Source: Gammaproteobacteria bacterium
GTDB taxonomy: Bacteria; Pseudomonadota; Gammaproteobacteria; JASBUN01
Direction of reading: 5' to 3'
Assembly (NCBI GenBank): GCA_030147845.1
Contig: JASBUN010000051.1
Location: forward strand, 33,146-97,145
DNA: 64,000 bases
The first letter of the stretch is position 1. Each line of letters starts with the position of its first letter. The notes beneath the pieces are model-generated. The model was not told the origin of the DNA. It did not search any database and saw nothing but the letters and a program-made list of their open reading frames with translations. This document shows positions 20,283 to 30,122 of the stretch, piece by piece. The position numbers and the translations under genes were made by a program.

Positions 20283-20387
20283 TTGGAAAGCGCGCGGAAT
20301 GCATATTTTCTGTGTGCAAACTGCGCTTCCTTGCCGCTTTGCGCCTTGCCTACGTCCGCATGATCGAATCAATCAGAGCTGCTTTAG
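20283..20387 (+). repeat. Degenerate second copy of the MITE core
   Basis: TTGGAAA...AATGCatATTT...GcAAACTGCGCTT...CGCCTTG; ends in AATCAGAGCTGCTTTAG, similar to the end at 37349-37364. Confidence 0.6.
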
Positions 20388-20426
20388 CTTGTCGTTATTG
20401 TTGTGGGTTGTTACTGAGAGTTGAAA

Positions 20427-21704
20427 ATGCTTCGGACGCTTCATTCCATTTCGTCGCTGCTGCTCGGTATTGGCGTGCTGTTGGTAGGCGTTGGCTTGCT
20501 TGGTACGTTACTGGGTGTGCGCGCCGGGCTGGCGGGCTTCGGCGATGCCGTCACCGGCGCAGTCATGTCGGCATATTTCGTCGGTTACATCATCGGTACA
20601 TTGGCGTGCCCGGCATTGATCCGTCGTGTCGGCCATATTCGTGCATTTGCCGCTATGGCTGCGGTCGCATCCGCAGCCGCCATTGCCCATGCCATCTGGG
20701 TGGATGCGTTGGCGTGGGCGGCGTTGCGCGTTGTCACCGGCGCCAGCCTGGTCGGATTGTATATGGTCGTGGAAAGCTGGCTCAACGTGCTGGCGCCGAA
20801 AGAGCGACGGGGGCAGGTATTCGCCATCTACATGATGGTCTCGCTGATCGCGCTGGCCGCTGGTCAGTTTTTACTGCTGGTCGGCAATGCCGCCGATTTT
20901 GTACCGTTTGCGCTGGTTTCCATATTGCTGTCCTTCGGGCTGGTACCGGTGGCGCTCACGCGTGTCAGCGAACCCCATCCGGTGGAAACACCGCGCCTGG
21001 GATTGCGCCGCCTGTATGCGATTTCGCCCTTGGCTATGGTCGGTGCTCTTGCGTCCGGATTGGTACTGGGTGCGTTTTGGGGTATGGGCGCGGTATTTGC
21101 CCACGGTGTAAATGTCTCGCCGGCCGGCATCGCCACCTTCATGGGCGCGACGATATTGGGCGGTGCGTTACTGCAGTGGCCAATGGGGCGTTGGTCCGAT
21201 CGTCACGACCGCCGCACGGTGTTGGCGGCGGTGAGTTTTGCCGCTGCGGTGCTCGCCGTGGGACTCTATCTGTCTGTCACTTGGTGGCCGACGGCACTGT
21301 ATGTTTGCGCGTTCGTATTCGGCGGCTTCGCATTTACCGTTTACGGTTTGAGCGTGGCGCATTTGCATGACCATCTCGGCGCCGCGGAAGCGTTAGAGGC
21401 CACTAGTGGATTGTTGTTGGTGTACGGTACCGGCGCCGCATTCGGCCCGCTATTATCGGGAGCGCTTATGTCCGCGTTCGGCGCGGCGATCTTGCCGGCC
21501 TATTTTGCCGTGGTGTTGGGCGGCTTAGGCGCCTATGCGCTGCGGCGTATGGACGCCGGGGCGCCTATGTCGACCGCGCAACAGGGCGAGTTCGTGGCCG
21601 TCATGCGTACCTCCCAGGCGGCTTTGGAACTGGATCCGCGCGTCGAGCCCGGCGCTGACGTGGTTGGCTCGGCGGCGACCTGTCAGGCTTCCACGCGCGC
21701 GTAG
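20427..21704 (+). CDS. MFS transporter (YcaD-like)
   Basis: About 12 hydrophobic segments; [30 protein letters not shown]. Confidence 0.9.
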   Translation: MLRTLHSISSLLLGIGVLLVGVGLLGTLLGVRAGLAGFGDAVTGAVMSAYFVGYIIGTLACPALIRRVGHIRAFAAMAAVASAAAIAHAIWVDALAWAALRVVTGASLVGLYMVVESWLNVLAPKERRGQVFAIYMMVSLIALAAGQFLLLVGNAADFVPFALVSILLSFGLVPVALTRVSEPHPVETPRLGLRRLYAISPLAMVGALASGLVLGAFWGMGAVFAHGVNVSPAGIATFMGATILGGALLQWPMGRWSDRHDRRTVLAAVSFAAAVLAVGLYLSVTWWPTALYVCAFVFGGFAFTVYGLSVAHLHDHLGAAEALEATSGLLLVYGTGAAFGPLLSGALMSAFGAAILPAYFAVVLGGLGAYALRRMDAGAPMSTAQQGEFVAVMRTSQAALELDPRVEPGADVVGSAATCQASTRA

Positions 21705-22771
21705 AACCGGCGCGTATCGAGCCCCTGCGAAAAATCGATCATACGCTGCGTGGAACGCAATGCCTTGCGTCGGATCGCCTCATCAACATGAATCTCATTG
21801 TCGCCGGACTCCAGCGCCGCGGCCAGATTCTCCAATGCATTCATTTCCATCCACGGGCAATGCGCGCAACTGTGGCAGGTCGCGCCGGCGCCGGCGGTTG
21901 GCGCCTCGAGAAAGGTCTTATGCGGCGCCGACTGCTTCATTTTGTAGAAAATGCCGTTGTCGGTGGCGACGATGAAGGTCGAATTTGGTAGATCGTGCGC
22001 GGCTTGTATCAGTTGCGTCGTGGAGCCGACCACATCGGCCATGTCGATCACGCTTTGCGGCGATTCCGGGTGTACCAATATGGCGGCATCGGCGTGAAGG
22101 GCCTTGAGCGCGGCCAACTCTTTGGCTTTGAAGGTTTCATGCACCACGCAGCTACCTTGCCAAAGCAACATGTCGGCGCCCGTGACTTGTTGCACGTAAC
22201 TACCCAGATACTTATCCGGCGCCCACAGAATCGATTCACCCTGATCCAGCAGATGGCTGACTACACGTACAGCAATACTGGAGGTGACCACCCAATCGGC
22301 GCGCGCCTTCACTGCGGCACTGGTGTTGGCGTAGACCACTACGGTGCGATCCGGGTGGGCATCACAGAACGGCACGAACTGGTCTGCGGGACAGCCCAGA
22401 TCAAGTGAGCATTCGGCTTCCAGCGTCGGCATGAGTACGCGTTTTTCCGGATTGAGGATCTTGGCGGTTTCGCCCATGAAACGCACGCCGGCGACTACCA
22501 GGGTGGTGGCCGGGTGACGGTTGCCAAAGCGCGCCATCTCGAGCGAGTCGGCCACCATGCCGCCGGTTTCGTCGGCAATTTTTTGTATGTCGGCGTCGGT
22601 GTAGTAGTGGGCTACCAGCACGGCATCCTTTTCGCGCAGCAAGTTCTTGATCCGTTCGATCAATTCACGCCGGCGCTCGGTCCCGAGCGGCGCTATCTCA
22701 ACAGCGCCGCCGGGTAGATCGCGCGGATTTTGCACCGGGATGATGGGGATATCGATTTGCGTCATGGTCAT
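21683..22771 (-). CDS. nadA: Quinolinate synthase A
   Basis: [51 protein letters not shown]. Confidence 0.97.
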   Translation of the reverse strand: MTMTQIDIPIIPVQNPRDLPGGAVEIAPLGTERRRELIERIKNLLREKDAVLVAHYYTDADIQKIADETGGMVADSLEMARFGNRHPATTLVVAGVRFMGETAKILNPEKRVLMPTLEAECSLDLGCPADQFVPFCDAHPDRTVVVYANTSAAVKARADWVVTSSIAVRVVSHLLDQGESILWAPDKYLGSYVQQVTGADMLLWQGSCVVHETFKAKELAALKALHADAAILVHPESPQSVIDMADVVGSTTQLIQAAHDLPNSTFIVATDNGIFYKMKQSAPHKTFLEAPTAGAGATCHSCAHCPWMEMNALENLAAALESGDNEIHVDEAIRRKALRSTQRMIDFSQGLDTRRFYARVEA

Positions 22772-22895
22772 AAAACTCCTCGGCGTCGATTATACCCGAG
22801 AGCGCCTTGGGGAAATACGCGCGGAAATCGGCTGCTTCTGTGCCTGGAAATGGGCGCGCCGAGCGTCGTTTTCAAGCGTCTTGGTCGGGTGATTG

Positions 22896-24200
22896 TCATA
22901 AGCCGGGCCGGCTTTCCGCCGGCAGATCACGAATGTGGACATCGCGCTGCGGAAACGGAATGGTGATGTGGTTTTCTTTGAAGGCCCGCCAGACGCCCAG
23001 GTTGACCTCTGAACGTACGTTGTTCACGCCTTGCTCGGGATCGTTGATCCACACGCGCAGTTCCAGGTGTATACCGCTGTCACCGAATTCGAGCAATCGG
23101 CACACCGGCGTCGGGTCAACGAGTACCCGTTTACTAGTGCGCGCCGCCTCCAACATCAGGGCCATAGCGATTTCGGGATCGTCGCCATAACTTATCTGAA
23201 CGGGAATTTTTACCCGTACATTGCGATCGCCGTAGCTCCAGTTGATGACTTGGCTGGTTATCAGATTCTCGTTTGGGATGAGTGTGTCGACGCCGTCGCG
23301 ATCGCGCACCACGACGTAGCGGGCACGCAACTCCTGGACCCAACCGAAACTGTTACCGATGCTGATGACGTCGCCTGGGCCGATGGAACGATCGAACAGC
23401 AGGATAAATCCGCTGACGAAGTTGCTGGTGATACGCTGCAGGCCGAAACCGATGCCGACGCCCAGCGCTCCGCCAAATACGGTAAGCGCAGTGAGATCAA
23501 AGCCGATTGCGTCCAGCGCCACCAGAAACCCGACGGAGACGATGACCACGCGCGCGGTTTTGGCCAAGCCAATGCGCAGACCGGCCGCCAGATTACGCGC
23601 CGCCATCAGGCGTCGCTCCATCAGCGCCGACAACCATAAGGACAGCAAGAGGAAAAAGCCGACCGAAACGATCAATTTGATCGCCCAGAGCAATGATACA
23701 TGGGTGCTGCCGACGTTGAAGGCGACGCTATCGAGCGCCTTGCTGATGCCCGGTAGCCAACCTAGTAGATGCAGCGCCAGCAGTAACCAGATAAACGTTC
23801 CAATTGCCGTTTCACTGGCGCGTAGTGCGCGGCTGGGGGTGAAGGCCTTACGCAGGATATAGATGGCAAAGCGCACCGCGGCCAGCGACAGCAGCAACGG
23901 CACGGCCGCGTCGAGTATCTCGTTGGGCTGGTCTAGGCGTTCCAGTCCGGCGCGTGCCACCAGCACCAACAACAGCATGGTAAACGGGAACAGCAGGCGC
24001 ATGCCGCCGCCGAGAGTCAGACGTTTAAGGTTGGATTTTTCGCGCCGGGCGGCGGCGATTTGAGCGCCGAGATAGTGATGGATCAACCAGGCCACGACCG
24101 CGGTCGCGACTAAGATGGCAAACTGCTCCCATATACCGGGATCCTGGAGCGTCGTCCAGGCGTTGTGCCAGAGCTTAGCAAAATCGATGTTGGAACTCAT
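22896..24200 (-). CDS. MscS-family mechanosensitive channel
   Basis: GALGVGIGFGLQ...NFVSG, LIPNE, IPFPQRDVHI. Confidence 0.93.
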   Translation of the reverse strand: MSSNIDFAKLWHNAWTTLQDPGIWEQFAILVATAVVAWLIHHYLGAQIAAARREKSNLKRLTLGGGMRLLFPFTMLLLVLVARAGLERLDQPNEILDAAVPLLLSLAAVRFAIYILRKAFTPSRALRASETAIGTFIWLLLALHLLGWLPGISKALDSVAFNVGSTHVSLLWAIKLIVSVGFFLLLSLWLSALMERRLMAARNLAAGLRIGLAKTARVVIVSVGFLVALDAIGFDLTALTVFGGALGVGIGFGLQRITSNFVSGFILLFDRSIGPGDVISIGNSFGWVQELRARYVVVRDRDGVDTLIPNENLITSQVINWSYGDRNVRVKIPVQISYGDDPEIAMALMLEAARTSKRVLVDPTPVCRLLEFGDSGIHLELRVWINDPEQGVNNVRSEVNLGVWRAFKENHITIPFPQRDVHIRDLPAESRPGL

Positions 24201-24354
24201 GAGCGTGGTTTCCGCGGACCGACGTTATGGAGTTGTAGACGGCCATCAAGCGTGGCCTTGCTGATCCCGCGCCTCCACCTGTAGTCTACTTGAGCGGCGT
24301 GTAGCGACCAAGTCGCATGTTTTTCGGTCTTGGGTCAGCCATGAGGAGTTCGTC

Positions 24355-24882
24355 GTGCCGATTGATCAGCAAAGCATTTATCGCGGTCACATCATCGAGG
24401 TTACGGTCGATACGGTCGATCTTCCCAACGGTGAACGTGCCGAACTCGAGATCGTGCATCATCCGGGTGGCGCTGCGGTCGCTGCGCTCGATGAGCAACA
24501 ACGCGTCTGCCTGCTGCGGCAGTATCGCTATGCCGCCGGCGGTTGGATATGGGAGTTGCCGGCGGGCAAGATCGACAACCGCGAGGCGCCGTTGCACACG
24601 GCGCAACGAGAACTTGCCGAGGAAGCCGGAGTGGAAGCTACCGAGTGGAGCGCATTGGGTTCGATGGTGAGTTCGCCGGGTGTGTTCACCGAAATCGTTC
24701 ACTTATATCTGGCGCGCGGGCTGCGGCATGGCGCGGTAAATCCCGAGCATCATGAAGTGATCGAAGTGCATTGGAAGCCGTTGGCCGAGGCGGTGCAGTG
24801 GGCGCTGGACGGGACGTTGACTGACGCCAAGTCGGTCATCGCGTTGTTGCGGATACCTGCCGCACTAAACGGATTGATCTGA
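24355..24882 (+). CDS. Nudix hydrolase (ADP-ribose pyrophosphatase-like)
   Basis: QYRY, ELPAGK...AQRELAEEAG Nudix box, DAKS. Confidence 0.92.
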   Translation: MPIDQQSIYRGHIIEVTVDTVDLPNGERAELEIVHHPGGAAVAALDEQQRVCLLRQYRYAAGGWIWELPAGKIDNREAPLHTAQRELAEEAGVEATEWSALGSMVSSPGVFTEIVHLYLARGLRHGAVNPEHHEVIEVHWKPLAEAVQWALDGTLTDAKSVIALLRIPAALNGLI

Positions 24883-24898
24883 TTCCTGACGCGGCTGG

Positions 24899-25375
24899 CT
24901 AAAATCGTCCAGCGCCAACCAGATGCCGGCGCCAATAGATATCTTTCAGGCTGGCATAGGAAACGTGTTGGCCGCTCGATGGCGCGTGTATAAATCGATC
25001 GTGACCGACATAAATGCCGACGTGCGATATTTTCGGCGGCGATAGGCGGAAGAACAAAATATCGCCTGGACGCAGTCGGGATAGCGGCACATGTCGGGCG
25101 TGGCGTCGTTGTTCGTACGTGGTGCGCGGGATTTTGATGCCGGCATGCCAATAGGCATATTGCACCAGACCGCTGCAATCGAAGCCGCGCGGATCGTCGC
25201 CGCCGTAGTGGTACGGTGCGCCCACCTGTTGGCGCGCGGTTTCAACCACGATCCGGCCGGGGTCGGTGGCGCGCGTCGGCAACTCCGGTCGCACCGGAGC
25301 CCCGCCGCACCCTACTAATTGCAAGGCGGTACCGAGCACGAAGCTCACCGCGAGGGCTCGTATCGGATGTCGCAT
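24899..25375 (-). CDS. NlpC/P60 (C40) peptidase lipoprotein
   Basis: Lipobox LVGC; GAPYHYGG, FDCSGLV, HVGIY, FIHA. Confidence 0.93.
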   Translation of the reverse strand: MRHPIRALAVSFVLGTALQLVGCGGAPVRPELPTRATDPGRIVVETARQQVGAPYHYGGDDPRGFDCSGLVQYAYWHAGIKIPRTTYEQRRHARHVPLSRLRPGDILFFRLSPPKISHVGIYVGHDRFIHAPSSGQHVSYASLKDIYWRRHLVGAGRF

Positions 25376-25641
25376 GTAAAACAGCACAGTATAGTTATAG
25401 TAAATACATTAGTACCACGTCCAGCATTGCTGGTTGCGAACCCGTTCACAGAATTGCCGGCGCCGATGTCGACGGCGTCACAACCGCATCAAGATCGTGT
25501 TCATCGAACACATTATTTGATCGTCATCATTTATTAAATTTTCTTTACAGTCAGTCGGTCGCACCGCAATCTGCGCGTCGAACGCGATGGTAGCAGCCGT
25601 CGCGACATCTCGTCAGTTATCGCTCAGCTAGGGAGATCCAC

Positions 25642-25869
25642 ATGATTACGCAGTTCAAAAAGGCGGTGTTGACCGCGGTGGTTTTGGGTGCTGCAGTCTC
25701 CATGGCCTCGCCGGCATTTGCGGCCGAAGGCGCCAAGAAGCACGTCAGCTGCACGACGGAAGCCAAGCATGCCGGTATGAAGGGCTCCAAGGAGATTCAC
25801 AAGTACGTCAAGGAATGCAAGCACAAGCGCGCTATGGCCAAAAAGCACGCCAAGGAAATGAAGAAGTAA
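25642..25869 (+). CDS. Small secreted basic protein with a PsiF-like two-Cys repeat
   Basis: SD GGGAG; signal peptide ending AFA; SCTTEAKHAGMKG...YVKEC resembles the PsiF repeat; strongly biased codons. Confidence 0.75.
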   Translation: MITQFKKAVLTAVVLGAAVSMASPAFAAEGAKKHVSCTTEAKHAGMKGSKEIHKYVKECKHKRAMAKKHAKEMKK

Positions 25870-25922
25870 GCCCGGAAAGCGCGGTCGTGCGCTCCGCCAC
25901 GCGGACCGCCGACTGAAAAGTC

Positions 25923-25959
25923 CGCAATGGGGTCGCCGTTACCGGCGGCCCCATTTGCG
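25923..25959 (+). terminator. Stem-loop after the PsiF-like gene
   Basis: CGCAATGGGGTCGCCG-TTAC-CGGCGGCCCCATTTGCG. Confidence 0.55.
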
Positions 25960-26017
25960 TATATCGCGAGTGATTGCACGACGTATGCCTATTCGCTCGA
26001 TGACTTGCTACACTCGT

Positions 26018-26821
26018 ATGCGGTTACTCTCGTTCGATATTTTGCGCACGTTGCACCTCCCCGGAGTTCATTCGCTGAAGCCGGACGACTGGTTGCGTCG
26101 CAAGGAAGATATCCGCGCCGCCGACTGGTTGTTGTTTCCCCCTGCGTGGCAGGTCAACATATTCGCCTACGGTTGGCGCAAGCGCTTGTTTCCGAGTTTG
26201 TCGACCTATCATCTGGGCTACGATAAGGTGCAGATGACCCGCGCCTTCATGGCGGTTTGTCCCGACCATGTCCCGCAGACGCTTATTCTTTCCTCGACCC
26301 CGGCTGGCATTGATCAAGTGCTGGAGGAAATGACCTTTCCATTCGTGGTCAAGGCTCCGCGCAGCTCCATGGGCCGCGGTGTGCAGTTACTGGAGCAGCG
26401 TAGCGAATTTCTACGTTACGCGGCGGCCACAGATATCCTTTATGTACAGGAGTATCTACCAATCAAGCGGGACTTGCGCGTGGTCTACGTTGGCGACTCG
26501 GTGAGCACGGCGTATTGGCGTACCGCGCCACCCGGCCAGTTCCATAACAACGTTGCACGTGGTGCGACGATTTCGTTTGAAGATATTCCGTCGGCGGCGC
26601 TCGAGTTGGTCTCGACTGTCGCGGCTGCGCTTGGGATCGACCACGCAGGCTTTGACGTTGCCGAGGTAGACGGTCGTTTTTACTTGCTCGAATTCAATTT
26701 ATTGTTCGGCACCGAGGCGCTCAGCATGCAATCGATCCGAATCGAAGCGATGATTCATGAATACCTGCACCGCCTATGGTCGCGGGATCCGGGCAACACG
26801 TTCGCGTGCCCGTCCGCCTGA
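26018..26821 (+). CDS. RimK-like ATP-grasp ligase
   Basis: DKVQMT, PFVVKAPRSSMGRGV, YVQEYLP, DLRV, FHNNVARG, GFDV, LLEFN. Confidence 0.88.
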   Translation: MRLLSFDILRTLHLPGVHSLKPDDWLRRKEDIRAADWLLFPPAWQVNIFAYGWRKRLFPSLSTYHLGYDKVQMTRAFMAVCPDHVPQTLILSSTPAGIDQVLEEMTFPFVVKAPRSSMGRGVQLLEQRSEFLRYAAATDILYVQEYLPIKRDLRVVYVGDSVSTAYWRTAPPGQFHNNVARGATISFEDIPSAALELVSTVAAALGIDHAGFDVAEVDGRFYLLEFNLLFGTEALSMQSIRIEAMIHEYLHRLWSRDPGNTFACPSA

Positions 26822-26836
26822 GCGGCCGGGGCCGGA

Positions 26837-27316
26837 TCAATACGGTCGCTTACGCAAATGAAGCCTGAATAGCAAACGCGAAAGCGATAGCTCGAGGAGG
26901 ATAAATACGACGACCAGGAGGCCGACATCGAACCAAGTCAAAGCCAATGGGCCGCGCAGAACCAGCAGTGGCAGCAGCGCTTCGGGAATTTGATCCAGCC
27001 CTGCCGCCATGCCGCTGGTATCGACGCCGGCACGGCGTTTGATGAAGCTCGACAGCAGATCGCCGGCCATGGCGCTCGCCGCGACGAGTGCACCAAGTAC
27101 GATATCGAGTCCGACCAGCGGCGCCACCAGCGTGCAGGCAACCGCCGACGCCAGCAGTCCGCGAAACGTTTTACCCGCGCCTAGCAGCGGACGGCCGTCG
27201 CCCAGGCGCAGTCCGCCATCGACGGGCCATTGGCAGCAGGTCCCGAACAGCTTCCATGCCAACACCGGCGCGCCATTGGCGACGAGTAGAAGCAGCAAGC
27301 TTTGGAGCAGATTCAC
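26837..27316 (-). CDS. CDP-archaeol synthase (CarS)-like cytidylyltransferase
   Basis: ANGAPV, PVDGG, GKTFRG, GDLLSSFIKRR, LDQ motifs. Confidence 0.85.
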   Translation of the reverse strand: MNLLQSLLLLLVANGAPVLAWKLFGTCCQWPVDGGLRLGDGRPLLGAGKTFRGLLASAVACTLVAPLVGLDIVLGALVAASAMAGDLLSSFIKRRAGVDTSGMAAGLDQIPEALLPLLVLRGPLALTWFDVGLLVVVFILLELSLSRLLFRLHLRKRPY

Positions 27317-27319
27317 GTG

Positions 27320-27646
27320 CTAGTCGGCTCGCCGCTGGATTTGCGCAAGGCGGTTTCGACCGATGCGGTGTTGATCAGACTTTGGCCGATGACGCGTGGC
27401 TACCGGCGGTATAGCGTATCTAAGGTCATCGGTTGTCGGCTGGCGGCTTTTTCCCAACCGGTGCCCTGGCGGCCCATGGCGGCGCGTACGCAATCGCGCG
27501 CTCCAGTCCGCGGCGAGATCCTCGAATCCCGGACCAACGGCTTCGTACAAGCATTCGAGTTCGTCCATGTTGTAGCCGAGTTCAGCGCTATGATGCAGAT
27601 CGTTGATGCGCGCAGTTACGTGCTCAACATATTGGTATGGTTCCAT
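27320..27646 (-). CDS. Hypothetical small protein closely upstream of the CarS-like gene
   Basis: Helical acidic core (MDELECLYEAV); ends 3 nt before the GTG of the CarS-like gene. Confidence 0.5.
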   Translation of the reverse strand: MEPYQYVEHVTARINDLHHSAELGYNMDELECLYEAVGPGFEDLAADWSARLRTRRHGPPGHRLGKSRQPTTDDLRYAIPPVATRHRPKSDQHRIGRNRLAQIQRRAD

Positions 27647-27828
27647 CAACGAATCCCAGTGTTGCCACGCAACGCTGCTCCATGTGCGAGCGATCAATGT
27701 CTTTAATATCGAACACGCCCCGAGTTCGTCAAGGTGCCGCGATGCTGCTGATATTCGCACTGCAGTGGCTGGCTTTGCGACCGCGCCATGCTATGGTTTC
27801 GCTGGGGAAGACACGAATAGGTGAGCGA

Positions 27829-28389
27829 GTGAGTTTGCGCATCGCATGCATGCTTTTTCTAGGGTTGTCGCTATTCGGCTGTGCTAGCGATCTACCGCGA
27901 GATATTGCTTCTCCGCCACCGCACGGCAATCCGCCGCTGGCTGCGGTGCGTGCCGATCCTGGCCGCTTTTCAGGCACTCCGGTGCGCTGGGGCGGCACGA
28001 TCGCCGCGGTCGAAAATCGTAAAAACGACACCTGGATCGATGTGGTTGGACGCCAGTTGGAGCGGGATGGTCGACCGATCGTGGGCGATCGAAGCGAAGG
28101 TCGTTTCATGGCGAAATTGCATGGTTTCGTCGATCCGGCGGTGTATGCCAAGGGCCGCGAGCTGACCGTTGCCGGAACCATCGCGGGTGAGCTGACGAAG
28201 CGTATTGGGCAGTTTCCGTACCGTTTCGTGGTCGTCGATGTGCACACGCTTCATCTGTGGCAGCCGTTACCCAAATACCCACGTGGACCACCGCCGTTCT
28301 GGTACGATGACCCGTGGTCTCCATTCGGATTTCCCTATGGCTACCCGTACGGTTACCCCTATGGGCCGATGTTCGGGCCGCCGTACTAG
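27829..28389 (+). CDS. Slp-family outer-membrane lipoprotein 1
   Basis: Lipobox LFGC; VRWGGTI, GRF, FVDPAVY..GR, YRF; Pro/Tyr/Gly tail. Confidence 0.88.
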   Translation: MSLRIACMLFLGLSLFGCASDLPRDIASPPPHGNPPLAAVRADPGRFSGTPVRWGGTIAAVENRKNDTWIDVVGRQLERDGRPIVGDRSEGRFMAKLHGFVDPAVYAKGRELTVAGTIAGELTKRIGQFPYRFVVVDVHTLHLWQPLPKYPRGPPPFWYDDPWSPFGFPYGYPYGYPYGPMFGPPY

Positions 28390-28405
28390 AAAACGGAGAA
28401 CACCG

Positions 28406-28918
28406 ATGAATCGAGGCAGGTTGTTGCGCCGTGCCGCGTGCGGGTTGGTTCTCGCGCTGTTGGTGGGATGCGCGGCCGGTCCGCGTTTCAAGACCGCGCA
28501 GGTCGATACGGCGCTTACCCCGCAGCAGGCCGCGGCTGCCGATAAATCGGTTTGGGGGCGACGCGTTCTTTGGGGTGGCGTCATCGTCAATACCGAGAAT
28601 TTGCCACAGCTAAGCCGCATTGAAGTGCTCGCTTACCCGCTCACGTCGGATCAAGAACCCGATACCAAAGCCACTGCGCTCGGCCGATTTCTCATCAGCC
28701 GGCGCGGATATCTGGAATCCGCCGACTACGCCCCCGGCCGCCTGGTGACAGTGACCGGTGAGATCATCGGCACGCGTTTTGGCAAGGTCGGCGAGGCCGA
28801 TTACACCTACGCGGTGGTACAGCCGTCGGGGCTGTACCTCTGGCCGAAAGAAAGCGAGCGCGGCTATTACGACAATCGACCACAGATTCATTTCGGGATC
28901 GGTGTGATTCTGCATTGA
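28406..28918 (+). CDS. Slp-family outer-membrane lipoprotein 2
   Basis: SD GGAG; lipobox LVGC; VLWGGVI, GRF, GYLESADYAPGRLVT, HFGIGV tail. Confidence 0.88.
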   Translation: MNRGRLLRRAACGLVLALLVGCAAGPRFKTAQVDTALTPQQAAAADKSVWGRRVLWGGVIVNTENLPQLSRIEVLAYPLTSDQEPDTKATALGRFLISRRGYLESADYAPGRLVTVTGEIIGTRFGKVGEADYTYAVVQPSGLYLWPKESERGYYDNRPQIHFGIGVILH

Positions 28919-29057
28919 CCGCGTATGGGCGCGATCGACTCACGAGCGCGAATGATCACCGGCCATCGGCTGCGGATTGCCCGGATTAGTAGTGAAATCC
29001 GAGCCTGGCTGCTCTACTTCGATAGAAGGAGGACAGGTCGCCTCTTGCCGTGACTTC

Positions 29058-29413
29058 CGAGTGATGCACGGATGAATCCGTGCCTACAAAAACATTGCCG
29101 TAATCGCCGCCTACCGCATGCTGTTGTAGCCCCGGCTTTGACCGTGCGCGGACTGCGCCCAACGGGCACGGGCCCGCTGGAAATACGCAAAGCTTGTTTT
29201 TCTTAGCGTACTTAGCGTCTTTGCGAGAGACTAAGGTTCGGCTAGCTGGAATGAAACTTTCGCGGAGCCACAAAGCATGCCAAGGTGAATTGATCGTCTC
29301 ATGTCGGGACTTGCGAGTGATGCACGGATGAATCCGTGCCTACAAAAACATTGCCGTAATCGCCGCCTACCGCATGCTGTTGTAGCCCCGGCTTTGACCG
29401 TGCGCGGACTGCG
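29058..29413 (+). repeat. Perfect 100-bp direct repeat (29058-29157 and 29314-29413) containing GTAG-type REP-like palindromes
   Basis: Both copies read CGAGTGATGCACGGATGAATCCGTGCCTACAAAA...GTAGCCCCGGCTTTGACCGTGCGCGGACTGCG. Confidence 0.9.
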
Positions 29414-29453
29414 ATATTCCGACGCATCTGCCGTCTTCGAATGTTTCCATCGA

Positions 29454-29480
29454 TTTTGTAGGCACGGCTTCAGCCGTGCA
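29454..29480 (+). repeat. GTAG-class REP-like unit inverted relative to 29321-29347
   Basis: TTTTGTAGGCACGGCTTCAGCCGTGCA versus reverse complement TTTTGTAGGCACGGATTCATCCGTGCA. Confidence 0.75.
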
Positions 29481-29674
29481 CATATCCGCTTCACACCCAT
29501 CGGCACGGATCAATCCCAATAGCCCGCCGCTCACCATCGCCAGAGACAAACTGGCGCAGCCAATCACCGAAACGTGGCTAGCGAAACAAAATTGTAAATC
29601 AGGCGGTTAGCATAGTATCTCGCGTTTCCCTGGCGATCTAGACTGGTTCATGGCGACGATTTGCGGCGAATGCC

Positions 29675-29702
29675 TAAACCCGTTGGCGTCGCGCGCCGAT
29701 AA
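29675..29702 (+). promoter_or_regulatory. sigma28 (FliA)-like promoter
   Basis: TAAA-N16-GCCGATAA; exact -10 element, spacer one nt longer than the usual 15. Confidence 0.55.
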
Positions 29703-29794
29703 CCCACTTAGACGTGCAGTGCAGTCGGCCGAGATGAGGTGATTACTCTCATCGCACCTGCGCCGCACCGGTCGCAACGACTAGGAGGTGGCTC

Positions 29795-29977
29795 ATGAAC
29801 CGTGAAATGTATTCCAACACGCTAGCCGCAATTGCCTTACGCGGTCAGCCGCGGCGTGCCGAACGGCGCGAAGATCAGGTACGTCAAGCCGAAGCGCGTC
29901 GCCGCTTGGAAGAATACCGCGAACAGCAGATGCTACGGGTAAACATCAGCGACGTGTTCACCGACGATCAATCCTGA
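29795..29977 (+). CDS. Small protein, PA3496-like family (second paralogue)
   Basis: Strong SD AGGAGG; ARRRLEEYREQQMLRVNISDVF. Confidence 0.7.
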   Translation: MNREMYSNTLAAIALRGQPRRAERREDQVRQAEARRRLEEYREQQMLRVNISDVFTDDQS

Positions 29978-30122
29978 ACGCGGTGGCGCCGCCATCGCCT
30001 CCACTGCGCGCCGGTCGTGTTGCCGGGGTTCGCTGGTTGCGTACGTAGTTTCTGGTTCCCGGCGACGCAACACCCTCCTATAATGCGCGCATCTGTCATC
30101 TTTTCGTGCGGAATTTGAACCA

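Noticed and set aside
20219..21370. 383-aa alternative-frame ORF and many other overlapping or antisense ORFs (e.g. 6280-6888, 23031-23639, 53341-53934)
   Set aside because: Shadow frames of well-supported genes in GC-rich DNA, with no motifs
25476..25535. Pho-box-like 11-bp repeats upstream of the PsiF-like gene
   Set aside because: Too degenerate and the periodicity is irregular
29058..29413. CRISPR array
   Set aside because: Only two 100-bp copies with one 156-bp spacer, and no cas genes
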